Origin: Candidatus Velthaea sp.
Lineage (GTDB): Bacteria > Vulcanimicrobiota > Vulcanimicrobiia > Vulcanimicrobiales > Vulcanimicrobiaceae
NCBI GenBank assembly: GCA_965214935.1
Contig: CBDCCS010000001.1
Span: 106,190 to 170,189 of the forward strand
Length of the DNA stretch: 64,000 bases
Direction of reading: 5' to 3'
In this document: positions 29,607 to 38,800 of the stretch, in pieces
Numbering within the stretch: the first letter of the stretch is position 1
How the letters are laid out: every line of letters begins with the position of its first letter
Program-made: the position numbers and the translations under genes
Notes under the pieces: model-generated
The model's input: the letters and a program-made list of their open reading frames with translations, nothing else
Told to the model about the DNA's origin: nothing
The model's database searches: none

Positions 29607-29981
29607 TTAATGAATGCGAATGGGAAAGTACTCCTTGACCTCGACGCCGTCGATCGAGCGGGCGATGATTTGCAGCGTCCAGCCATGCCGCAGCCAAGGC
29701 GGCAGCCACCATGGGATCGTGTACGCCAGCGAAAATTTACCCGGTCCGTCCTGATGCATGGGTGAGTTCCGGTATTGCACGCGCGCCTCGACGTAGCCGA
29801 CGTTCGTAGAGGTCGTGACCGTGCCGCGGATCGTCTGGCCGGCGTGAAAGTCGCGATCGGCCGGTAAGTCGATCGCGAGAATCTTTGGTAAGCCATGCAC
29901 GGGCACCGGACTTGCAGGCCGATCGGACGCAGCGAAAGAGCCGTTTGTCAGCATAAAGCTAAACACTGCGGCGAGGGCCAA
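29607..29981 (-). CDS. Small secreted hypothetical protein (single beta-rich domain)
   Basis: Signal-like N-terminus (TTG about 29981, start uncertain); domain is visibly homologous to the C-terminus of the gene ending at 35213. Confidence 0.65.
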   Translation of the reverse strand: MALAAVFSFMLTNGSFAASDRPASPVPVHGLPKILAIDLPADRDFHAGQTIRGTVTTSTNVGYVEARVQYRNSPMHQDGPGKFSLAYTIPWWLPPWLRHGWTLQIIARSIDGVEVKEYFPIRIH

Positions 29982-30009
29982 TCGAGTGACCGTAAAGAAA
30001 AAGCGGCAC

Positions 30010-31038
30010 GTGAACCATACTACCCCGTCCGCGCTCGTAATCCGCCGCGACCGGGCCGTCACCTTGAGCATCGTGATCCCGCTCTTCAATGAAGCTGGAA
30101 ACGTGAGCGAGTTGTTGCGCCGGGTGACGGCGGTCGTACGCACGTTGCCGTATCCGCCGCTGGATTACGAAGTCATCTGCGTCGATGACGGCAGCCGCGA
30201 CGCCACGCGCGAAATGCTCGTGCGTGCCGCGCAGCTCGATCCGCACGTTCGGGTGCTGGCGTTGTCGCGAAATTTCGGGCATCAAATTGCCGCCACTGCG
30301 GGCCTCGACGCGGCAAACGGCGACGCCGTCGTTCTCATGGACGGCGATTTGCAAGATCCGCCCGAATTAATCGCTCAATTTCTCGATCGCTACCAAGCCG
30401 GCTACGACGTCGTCTTCGCGACCCGGCGTCGCCGCAGCGGTGAAAGCCGCTTCAAAATTCTGACCGCCGCGGTGTTTTACCGCGTCGTGCGCCGGCTGAC
30501 GAACGTTTCGATACCCGTCGATACCGGCGACTTTCGTTTGATGAGCCGGCGGGTGGTCGACGCATTGCGCCAAACACGCGAGCGTCACCGCTTCATTCGC
30601 GGGCTCGTCAGCTGGGTCGGCTACAATCAAACCGGCGTGGAATACGATCGCGACGCGCGTTTTTCCGGCGAGACGAAATACCCGTTTTCGAAGATGCTCA
30701 AATTTGCCGTCGACGGAATCACGGCGTTTAGCGAAATCCCGCTGCGCTTCGCGTCGTATCTCGGCTTTATGACGAGCACGTTCGCATTTCTCTACGCGGT
30801 CGTAATTCTCGCGCTTAAATTTTTGCATTACAACGAGCCGGGCTATACGTCGACGATTCTCACCGTGCTATTTTTAGGCGGCGTTCAGTTGATCGGCATC
30901 GGAATATTAGGCGAATACGTCGGCCGAATTTACGATGAGATCAAAGCCCGGCCGCTTTACCTCGTCGCCGACAACGTCGGCAGCGGATTAAGCGCGGTGC
31001 CTAGTTCGCTGCCGAGCAGCGTGCCGGTGAGTAGATAA
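30010..31038 (+). CDS. GtrB/ArnC-like polyprenyl-phosphate glycosyltransferase (GT2 + 2 TM)
   Basis: LSIVIPLFNE, VDDGSRD, LSRNFGHQ, MDGDLQDPPE, TGDFRLMSR, GEYVGRIY.E.K.RP; start uncertain (29986-30064). Confidence 0.92.
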   Translation: MNHTTPSALVIRRDRAVTLSIVIPLFNEAGNVSELLRRVTAVVRTLPYPPLDYEVICVDDGSRDATREMLVRAAQLDPHVRVLALSRNFGHQIAATAGLDAANGDAVVLMDGDLQDPPELIAQFLDRYQAGYDVVFATRRRRSGESRFKILTAAVFYRVVRRLTNVSIPVDTGDFRLMSRRVVDALRQTRERHRFIRGLVSWVGYNQTGVEYDRDARFSGETKYPFSKMLKFAVDGITAFSEIPLRFASYLGFMTSTFAFLYAVVILALKFLHYNEPGYTSTILTVLFLGGVQLIGIGILGEYVGRIYDEIKARPLYLVADNVGSGLSAVPSSLPSSVPVSR

Positions 31039-32000
31039 TTGCGTACGTAGTCATGCACGGCATCTTCGAGCGAAGTGATGGGCGCGTCGTAGCCGGCGGC
31101 GCGGATCCGCTCGATCGTCGCTTGGGTATGGTACTGGTATTTCTCGCGTAATTGTTCGGGCATCGGAATGTACTGAATTTGCGGCGGCCGTTCGAGTGCG
31201 GCAAACATCGCGTATGCGACGTCGTTCCACGTCCGGGCGACACCCGCACCGACGTTGTACAGACCGCGCGCTCGCGGCGAGCGGCCCAGAAACGACGTCA
31301 TTGCGACGGCATCTTTAACGTACAGAAAATCGCGAGTTTGTTCACCGTTGCGCACGCCGCTGCGATGGCTGGCGAAGAGTTGCATCGTGCCGTCGCGGGC
31401 GATTTGTCCGAATGATTTTGCGACTACGCTCCGCATGTCGGCTTTGTGATCTTCGTTCGGACCGAAGACATTGAAATACTTAATGCCGACGGCGCGTTCG
31501 AGCACGCCTTCGCGGCGCGCCCACAGGTCGAAAAGATGCTTTGAATAGCCGTACATGTTGAGCGGCCGCAACGCGTTCGGATCGAGATCTTCGCGCAAGC
31601 CGGTTTCACGCGCACCATAGGTTGCAGCGGACGAGGCATAGACGAACCGGGCGTCGCGTGCCAGCGCCCAGCGTGCAAGATCCTGCGATACGCCGACGTT
31701 GTTACGCACGAGATAGGCCGCATCACGCTCGGTCGTCGCCGAACAGGCACCTAGATGGTATACCGTAGAAATCGGCCCGAAGGCTTCGGGCTCGCGCGCA
31801 ATCCGGCCGTAAAAATCGTCGGCTTCGAGGTAATCGCTAAAACGCAACGCAACGAGGTGCCGCCACTTCTCGCTCGTGCCAAGCCGGTCGACGACGATTG
31901 CGTCCTCGATGCCTTCACGGTTAAGCTGCCACACGAGTGCGCTGCCGATGAGACCGGCCGCGCCGGTTACGACGGTGCGGCCACGGTTCGTACCGTTCAT
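30957..32000 (-). CDS. hldD: ADP-L-glycero-D-manno-heptose 6-epimerase
   Basis: VTGAAGLIGS, HLGACSATTE.D, YASSAATYG, PLNMYGYSK, KYFNVFGPNE.HK, KYQY.TQA. Confidence 0.92.
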   Translation of the reverse strand: MNGTNRGRTVVTGAAGLIGSALVWQLNREGIEDAIVVDRLGTSEKWRHLVALRFSDYLEADDFYGRIAREPEAFGPISTVYHLGACSATTERDAAYLVRNNVGVSQDLARWALARDARFVYASSAATYGARETGLREDLDPNALRPLNMYGYSKHLFDLWARREGVLERAVGIKYFNVFGPNEDHKADMRSVVAKSFGQIARDGTMQLFASHRSGVRNGEQTRDFLYVKDAVAMTSFLGRSPRARGLYNVGAGVARTWNDVAYAMFAALERPPQIQYIPMPEQLREKYQYHTQATIERIRAAGYDAPITSLEDAVHDYVRNYLLTGTLLGSELGTALNPLPTLSATR

Positions 32001-33295
32001 TGACCGGTTGACTTCGACGGCGGCGCGAGACTGGCATCCCGAACAACTGCCTCGACAAGCGAACGTTCGGGCGGCGGTGCGTCGGCCAGCACGAACGCCG
32101 AATCGACCTCGTCACGGACGGCATCGCCGGCGATCTCAGCCAGCACGTCGCCGCGACGGACACGCGTCCCGAGCGGGAGAATGGCGCGGATACCCGCGAA
32201 CGGGCCTGACCGGCCGACCAAATCGCGGGCGGCTTCACCCAGTGCGACGGTTTCAATACCGGCGATGTATCCGTCACGCGCCGCGACAACCGGCGTTCGC
32301 GGCTCCGCCGGCGCCATCGTCGCAATCGACGCGCGCCGGCCGCCTTGCGCTTCGAGCAGCGCAATGAACGTTGCGAATGCAGCGCCGCCGCGCAACGCCT
32401 CCTCAACCCGGCCGCCGATCTGCTCTTCGGGCACACCGCCGACGCGCAACATCTCTTGGGCAACGAGCACCGTCAATCGACCGAATCGGGTCCCGGTCTG
32501 CGGTGCGGCGAGGAAGTCGCGCGCTTCGATCGCCTCGATCCCGCTGCCGATGGCTGCCGCCAAGGGCTGATGCATATCCGTGACGACGGCGGCGGCGCGC
32601 CGGCCGCTGCGTTCGGCCAGGCCGACCATCGTCGTTGCCAAACTCACGGCGTCTGTGCGCGTGCGCATGAAAGCACCGTCGCCTGTTTTCACATCGAAAA
32701 CGATCGCGCCGGCGCCCCCCGCGATCTTCTTCGATACGATCGAAGCGGCGATCAGGCCGATGCTCGGGACGCTGCCGGTCCGATCGCGCAAGGCATACAG
32801 CCGTTTGTCGGCCGGAACCAGGCGTTCGGATTGCGCCGCGATCGCACATCCGATCCGTTCGATCTGCGCGCTGAAATCGAACGCCGAGAGATACGTGCGC
32901 ACGCCGGGAACGGCTTCGAGTTTATCGAGCGTGCCGCCGGTATGTCCGAGGGCGCGCCCGGAGAGTTTCGCGACCGGAACGCCGCAGGCGGCAACGAGTG
33001 GTACGACCACGAGCGAGATGGTATCGCCGACGCCGCCGCTGGAATGTTTGTCGACCACGATGCGGCCGGCGGGGAACCGGAGCACGTCGCCCGATGCAAC
33101 CATCGCATCGGTCAACGCTGAGATTTCAGCGCCGGCCAGTCCACGAATCGTGCACGCCATCAGTAGCGCCGCAACCGGTGCGTCGTCGATCGTGCCGTCG
33201 ACGTAGCCGCCGATGATGCGTTGCCAGAGCGCCGGCTCGATGACCCCGCCGTCACGTTTGGTCTCGATCGCCCGCCGTAGCCACCCGACATCCAT
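31997..33295 (-). CDS. pdp: Pyrimidine-nucleoside/thymidine phosphorylase
   Basis: KRDG, DKHSSGGVGD, KLSGRALGHTGGTLDKLE, PADK.LYALRD, SIVSKK.A, DVKTG.GAFM. Confidence 0.93.
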   Translation of the reverse strand: MDVGWLRRAIETKRDGGVIEPALWQRIIGGYVDGTIDDAPVAALLMACTIRGLAGAEISALTDAMVASGDVLRFPAGRIVVDKHSSGGVGDTISLVVVPLVAACGVPVAKLSGRALGHTGGTLDKLEAVPGVRTYLSAFDFSAQIERIGCAIAAQSERLVPADKRLYALRDRTGSVPSIGLIAASIVSKKIAGGAGAIVFDVKTGDGAFMRTRTDAVSLATTMVGLAERSGRRAAAVVTDMHQPLAAAIGSGIEAIEARDFLAAPQTGTRFGRLTVLVAQEMLRVGGVPEEQIGGRVEEALRGGAAFATFIALLEAQGGRRASIATMAPAEPRTPVVAARDGYIAGIETVALGEAARDLVGRSGPFAGIRAILPLGTRVRRGDVLAEIAGDAVRDEVDSAFVLADAPPPERSLVEAVVRDASLAPPSKSTGQ

Positions 33296-33302
33296 CGTCG
33301 GC

Positions 33303-35213
33303 GTGGGTTTGCGACCGCGCAGCGAGAAGCCCGCCCGAGTGCTGTGGGCGATTTATACGCTCGGGTGGCTGCCCGCGCTTGTTTCCGCAGCAGCGTCAGG
33401 CAGTGGCTATCAGACGGCTTTGTCGGGCGCCGGCGAGCGAGGACTTCACGCCGCGGTGGGACTCGCCGCATCCTTGCTGCTGGTCACGGGCGGCTACTTT
33501 GCGGCGTTACGGCGGCCGCCCGGACCGTATGCGATCGGCGGAGTCGTCTTTGCCGCGCTCGCGGTTTTGATGGCGATGCCCGTGCTGTTTTCCGCCGATG
33601 TTTACGCGTATGCATACTACGGCGATCTCGCAGTGCACGGTTACTCGCCCTACGGTCATACGCCGGTGCTCGACGACCGGCTCGCGCGTGCAGCAAGCGC
33701 CGCTTGGAACGGACACATTCCGCCGCGCTGCGTCTACGGGCCGCTGGCCGTTGCCGTCGCTGCCCTAGCCGATGTCGCGGGTGCACCCGCGAACGTCGCA
33801 GGTCAGATCCTGGCGCAACGCCTCGCCGCCGTTGCCGCCTTTGCGGCCGGCGCGGTGTTGCTGCTGCGGCTCGTTCCCGACGGTCGCGCACGGGCCGCTT
33901 TGTTGCTTAATCCGGTGGTTCTGTGGAGCGTCAGCGAAGGGCATAACGACGCCTTGGCGCTGTCGCTTGTCGCTGCCGGACTCGTCGCGGTCGGGCGTCG
34001 CGTGTCCTTGGCGACGGCGGCAGCACTCGTCAAGTTACCCGCACTTCTGTTCCTGCCGGCACGGCGCTCGCCGGCCGTCGGCATTGCGGTCGCCGTAAGC
34101 ATCGCCGGATATCTTCCGCTGGCGTTCGCTTTAATTGCCGACGGCACGTCTGCCCCGGCCGCCCCGGTTGCCGCCTGGCAGTCACCACTAGGCTTGCTCG
34201 CAGCGCTGCTCGGTCGCCCGGCAGCCGTCGTCCTAGCAGGCGCCACCGGTGCAGCCTTCGTTTGGTTCAGCGCCGTGCGCTACGGGCCGGTCGAGCGTAG
34301 CGCAGCGATCGCCCTGAGCGTCTGGCTCGCCTTGCCCAACGCCTATCCGTGGTACGCTTTGTGGTTCGTTCCGTTCGCAATTCGGCAACTTGGTTCGATC
34401 TGGTCGGGCGGCTTGATCGTCGCATCGCTGACCGGTGCGTCGCGCGCCATGCTCGACGGAATTTTTCCAGCCGCAAGCACGTTCGGTTCGGCTCGTACGT
34501 TTCATACCTGGATGATCGCGCTCGAGTATCTCCCGCCGCTAATTTTTGTCGCCCTCCTGGCGGCGCGGCGCCCGGCGCGCGTTATCGCGCTGATTGTTGC
34601 GATCGGCGCTGCATCGAGCATGATGCTCGGCGCATCGGCAGCCGGCAGGCAAAACACCGCGAGCCCGCAGCCGGTGCCGATGGTCACCCCCGCCGGCGCA
34701 ACGACGCCGCTCGCAACGTCGATGCCGCCGGCACCACCGGCCCCGCAGCCGCCGCCGACACCCGCGCCCGCGACGCTCCCCAGCGCGTCTTCTTCGCCGG
34801 TACCGGTTGCGACAACGACCCCCTCACCGGTCGCCGTTCCGCCCCTTCCGGTCCCGCCGACGCCGACGCCGGCGCCCTACAACTACGTCATAACGCCGAC
34901 GCCGGTCCCCGTTACGAGGCCCGACGGCCCGCACATTATCGAAGTGCTACTGAACGATCGTCAGATCCGCATCGGCGGGCCGCTCAACGTCCGGGTTTTC
35001 ACCTCGCCCAACGTCGTCGGAGTCGAAGCCCGTGCGCTCGGCCGATTCATCGCGATCCCGCAAAGCAGCCCCGGACTCTTTTCGCTCTCGTATACACTAC
35101 CGGGCGGCATACCATTTTGGCTGCTCAACCGTAACTACGACATCGTCATCGCCGCGGCGACCGCGGACGGCCGCCAGACGTCGGTATCGTTCCCGATGAT
35201 TCTCACCCGCTAG
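33303..35213 (+). CDS. GT-C (MptA/MptB-like) membrane glycosyltransferase fused to a Pro-rich linker and beta-domain
   Basis: S.DVYAY..YG......SPY...P, YGPL, LNP, GHND, K, PWY..W; start uncertain (GTG 33303-33342; the longer ORF overlaps pdp). Confidence 0.7.
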   Translation: MGLRPRSEKPARVLWAIYTLGWLPALVSAAASGSGYQTALSGAGERGLHAAVGLAASLLLVTGGYFAALRRPPGPYAIGGVVFAALAVLMAMPVLFSADVYAYAYYGDLAVHGYSPYGHTPVLDDRLARAASAAWNGHIPPRCVYGPLAVAVAALADVAGAPANVAGQILAQRLAAVAAFAAGAVLLLRLVPDGRARAALLLNPVVLWSVSEGHNDALALSLVAAGLVAVGRRVSLATAAALVKLPALLFLPARRSPAVGIAVAVSIAGYLPLAFALIADGTSAPAAPVAAWQSPLGLLAALLGRPAAVVLAGATGAAFVWFSAVRYGPVERSAAIALSVWLALPNAYPWYALWFVPFAIRQLGSIWSGGLIVASLTGASRAMLDGIFPAASTFGSARTFHTWMIALEYLPPLIFVALLAARRPARVIALIVAIGAASSMMLGASAAGRQNTASPQPVPMVTPAGATTPLATSMPPAPPAPQPPPTPAPATLPSASSSPVPVATTTPSPVAVPPLPVPPTPTPAPYNYVITPTPVPVTRPDGPHIIEVLLNDRQIRIGGPLNVRVFTSPNVVGVEARALGRFIAIPQSSPGLFSLSYTLPGGIPFWLLNRNYDIVIAAATADGRQTSVSFPMILTR

Positions 35214-35220
35214 GACGAAT

Positions 35221-35250
35221 AGACCGGGCGCGTTTGCGCCCGGTCTTTAT
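35221..35250. terminator. Probable bidirectional intrinsic terminator
   Basis: Perfect 11-bp stem AGACCGGGCGC-GTTT-GCGCCCGGTCT between convergent genes, flanked by short A/T runs. Confidence 0.75.
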
Positions 35251-35272
35251 GCATCGCTCGCGTGACCGGAGG

Positions 35273-35644
35273 TTAGTTGCCGGAGAAATTAACGGCGATC
35301 TTGCGCGGTTGCGCTTTCGGATGCGTATTGAGCGTCAAGGTAAGCAAGCCGAATTCGACTCTCGCACCGATCGTGTCGGCATCGATCTCTTCGGGAACCA
35401 GGAGCGCGCGGGTGAACGTGCGGCGGTCGCTTTTTCCGCTGATCGTTAGCACGCGGTCTTCAAGCGTGATATCGATGTGATCCGGACCGTAGCCGGGAAC
35501 CGGCATTTCGACCGAGTAGCCGTTGTCGGTTTTGGTGATGTCGAAACCGGCGCCGCTGGTCGCTGCTGCACGGAAAGGATCGAAGCCGAGGAAGTCGCCG
35601 AGAACGCGCCGTGAGGCGTCGGGGCGGACGAGTACGTTTGTCAT
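35273..35644 (-). CDS. Hsp20/alpha-crystallin small heat-shock protein
   Basis: PG....IDI.LE..VLTISG, F.R....PE.ID...I.A....GLL.L; GGAGG RBS before ATG at 35644. Confidence 0.9.
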   Translation of the reverse strand: MTNVLVRPDASRRVLGDFLGFDPFRAAATSGAGFDITKTDNGYSVEMPVPGYGPDHIDITLEDRVLTISGKSDRRTFTRALLVPEEIDADTIGARVEFGLLTLTLNTHPKAQPRKIAVNFSGN

Positions 35645-35702
35645 GTAGATTGCCTCCATAAGGTCGCCGACCTAACCGGCCGGCCAAAACATTGACACCC
35701 AT

Positions 35703-35731
35703 ATTGTAGGGCATTTTGGCAGTCAGGTCAA
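35703..35731 (-). promoter_or_regulatory. Sigma70-type promoter of hsp20
   Basis: TTGACC (35731-35726), 17 bp, TACAAT (35708-35703) on the minus strand. Confidence 0.8.
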
Positions 35732-35742
35732 TACACTGCTAA
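35716..35742. promoter_or_regulatory. CIRCE-like operator (HrcA site)
   Basis: Minus strand TTAGCAGTG-N9-GACTGCCAA versus consensus TTAGCACTC-N9-GAGTGCTAA (7/9 per arm), straddling the hsp20 -35. Confidence 0.75.
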
Positions 35743-35882
35743 CGGTGCTAACGATTGTTCCTGTGGTAAAATAGCGCCGATATTCGTCGGGACGTTTTCC
35801 CCTCATCATTGCTGAAAAGGCTCGAACCATCGCTACGCTCGCGTCCAGTCTCGTCCGTGCGCTGCCATCGAGCAGCCGGCCC

Positions 35883-38800
35883 TTGGCCGAACTCATCGAG
35901 CGTCTGCGCACTCCGCTCCTCGCTCGCGGTCATGCCTTCAGTCTGCACGAAACGACTGCCGGCGCACGGCCTTACGTGCTGGCCGGATTGCATCGCGCAC
36001 TCGGCGGCCAGATCGTCGTGCTGGTGGCAACGACCGACGTCGCCGAACGGACGTTTACCGATCTGATCTACTTTCTGGGTGAGACGGAGGCGCAGTCTGT
36101 CGCCCTACTGCGGCCGCGCGATGAAAGCGTCGGCGCGCTGGAATCACCGTCCGAACGCAGCGCGCGCATGACTTTGCTCGCCGACCTCTGCGCCGGCAAA
36201 GCGCGGATCGTTATCGCTCCGGTTGCCGCCGTGCGGCAGTACGTGATGCCGTGCGCCGTGTTCGAGCGGAGCGCACTTCGACTTGAAGTCGGTGCCGAGA
36301 TCGGCTGGGATGCCATTCAGAGCCGGCTCTACCACCTTGGTTATTCGCGCGTCGATGTCGTCAGCGCCGCCGGTGAATACGCCGTGCGCGGCGGTTTGAT
36401 CGACGTCTTTCCAGCCACGACCGACGCGCCGGTACGGCTTGAGTTCTTCGGCGACACGCTCGAGTCGATGCGTCCCTTCGAGTTACAGTCGCAGCGCAGC
36501 GACGGCAATAGTACGGATCTGACCGTCGTGCCGTGGCTCGAGATACCCCGTGAGGACGCGTACCGCGAACGCGTCCTCGCGCGCGCTACCGGCGAGGCCG
36601 GGGTTCTGTCGGCATTACGGGCCTATCTGGGGAGCGGTGCGGATGTCCCCGAACCGTGGTTGGCGCTGGCCTATGACGAGCCGGTCACGCTGTTCGATTA
36701 CGTGGACGCCGAAGCACTCGTCGTGCTCGACGAACCGGGAATGCTCGATACCCTCGACCGCAGTTTGGAAGAGGAACGCTCGCGCGAAGCTCAGCTTCTG
36801 CTCGCGGGCGTCGACTCGGGCGAACTCGACGTGCGCACGAGCGAAGTCGGCGAAGCGCTGCTAGCCGAAGTTACGGCACCCTATCCGCGTTTGCACGACC
36901 TCTCGGCGGCGTTCGCCGTACGCCGCACGCTCATTCTCACGGGCGGGATCGAAGCCGGCGAGACGCCGTGGCTGCCGCCCAGCGCCCAATCCTTCGTCCT
37001 TGAAACGCGGCCGGCCGAGCATTTCAATCGGCGCGTCGAGCTGTTTGTCACGGCCGTCGCCGGCTGGGTCGCCGCGGGCGATACCGTGTGGCTGGTGGCG
37101 AACGGCGCGTCGCGGCTGGCCGAATTGCTGCGAGCGGCCGGGGTCAGCGTCGAACGCAGCGCCTCGATCGTGCATCTACGCGCGGTCGGCCCGTTCGGAC
37201 GCGCCGCCGGAGATGGAGTCGCGCTCGGCGGCAACGGCAGCGTCTACGTTGATGCCGGCTCGATCGAGACGGGCTTTTCGATTCCGGGCCTCCGTCTGCA
37301 CGTGTTGGGCGATCGTGAGATTCACGGTCAGCCGGCGAAACGCGTCAAGTTACGTGCCGTCAAGGAAGGCGTACCGGTTACGCTGGCCGACCTGCGGGTC
37401 GGCGACTACGTCGTTCACGCCGTTCACGGTATCGGTCAATATCTCGGCTTGCGCACCGAAACGATTCTCGGCGCGACGAGCGACTATCTCGATCTCAAGT
37501 ATGCCGGTACGGACCGCATGCTCGTCCCGGTGCACCAGATGCATCAAGTCACCAAGTACGGTGCGAACGAAGGCGCCGCGCCGAAGCTGAGCAGGATGGG
37601 TGGCGCGGACTGGGCGCGCACCAAAGGCCGCGTCTCGGAAGCGCTGGCGAAGATCGCCGACGGCCTCGTTGCGTTGTACGCCGAGCGCGAGATCGCCCAA
37701 GGCCACGCGTTCGGACCGGATTCGCCTTGGCAGGCCGAACTCGAAGAGGCGTTTCCGTACGAGCCGACGCCCGATCAAGCCAAAGCGATCGCCGATGCCA
37801 AAGCCGATATGGAGCGTCCGCGGCCGATGGACCGGCTGGTGTGCGGCGACGTCGGCTACGGCAAGACCGAAGTTGCGGTCCGCGCGATCTTTAAAGCAAT
37901 CGCGGATAAAAAGCAAGTCGCCGTGCTCGTGCCGACGACGCTGCTGGCCTCGCAGCATTATCGCACGCTGACGAATCGCTTTGCCAGTTTTCCCGTCCGG
38001 ATCGACGAGCTGTCGCGTTTTCGCACCAAGAAAGAGCAGCAGGCGACGCTTGCGGCGCTCGCCGCCGGCCAAGTCGACGTCGTGGTCGGCACGCACCGCA
38101 TCTTGCAAAAAGATATCGTCTTTCGCGATCTGGGTCTCATCGTCGTCGATGAAGAGCAGCGCTTCGGCGTCATGCACAAAGAGCGGCTCAAGCAAATGCG
38201 CGCGACCGTCGACGTGTTAACGTTGTCGGCGACACCGATCCCGCGCACGCTGCAAATGTCGCTCATGGGCGTGCGCGATCTGTCGCTCATTCAAACCGCG
38301 CCGAAGAACCGCATGTCGATCAAAACCGTCGTCGTCCCGGCGGCCGATTCGATCGTGCAGCGCGCAATCGTGAGCGAACTCGATCGCGGCGGCCAAATTT
38401 ATTACGTGCACAACCGGATCGAGTCGATCTATGCCGTCGCGCGCGCACTCGAACGGCTGGTTCCTAAAGCGCGTATTGCGGTCGGGCACGGCAAGATGAC
38501 CGAAAGCGAACTCGAGCCGGTCATGACGAAATTCATCGAAGGCGAAATCGACGTCTTCGTCTCGACGACGATCATTGAAAACGGGATCGACATTCCCAAC
38601 GTCAACACGATCATCGTCAACGACGCGGATAAGTTCGGCCTCGCGCAGCTCTATCAATTGCGCGGCCGGGTCGGCCGGTCGAACCATCAAGCCTATGCGT
38701 ATCTGTTGTATCAGGCGCACAAAGCGCTGAGCGAAGATGCCAAAGCGCGGCTTGAAGCGATTCGCGAATTTACGCATCTAGGTTCCGGACTGCAGATTGC

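Noticed and set aside
34660..34930. CCG-rich quasi-repeats here and at 28630-28810
   Set aside because: Explained by Pro/Thr/Ala linker coding; not a CRISPR array or DNA tandem repeat
35692..35720. TTGACA on the + strand as an mfd -35
   Set aside because: No -10 at 16-18 bp spacing
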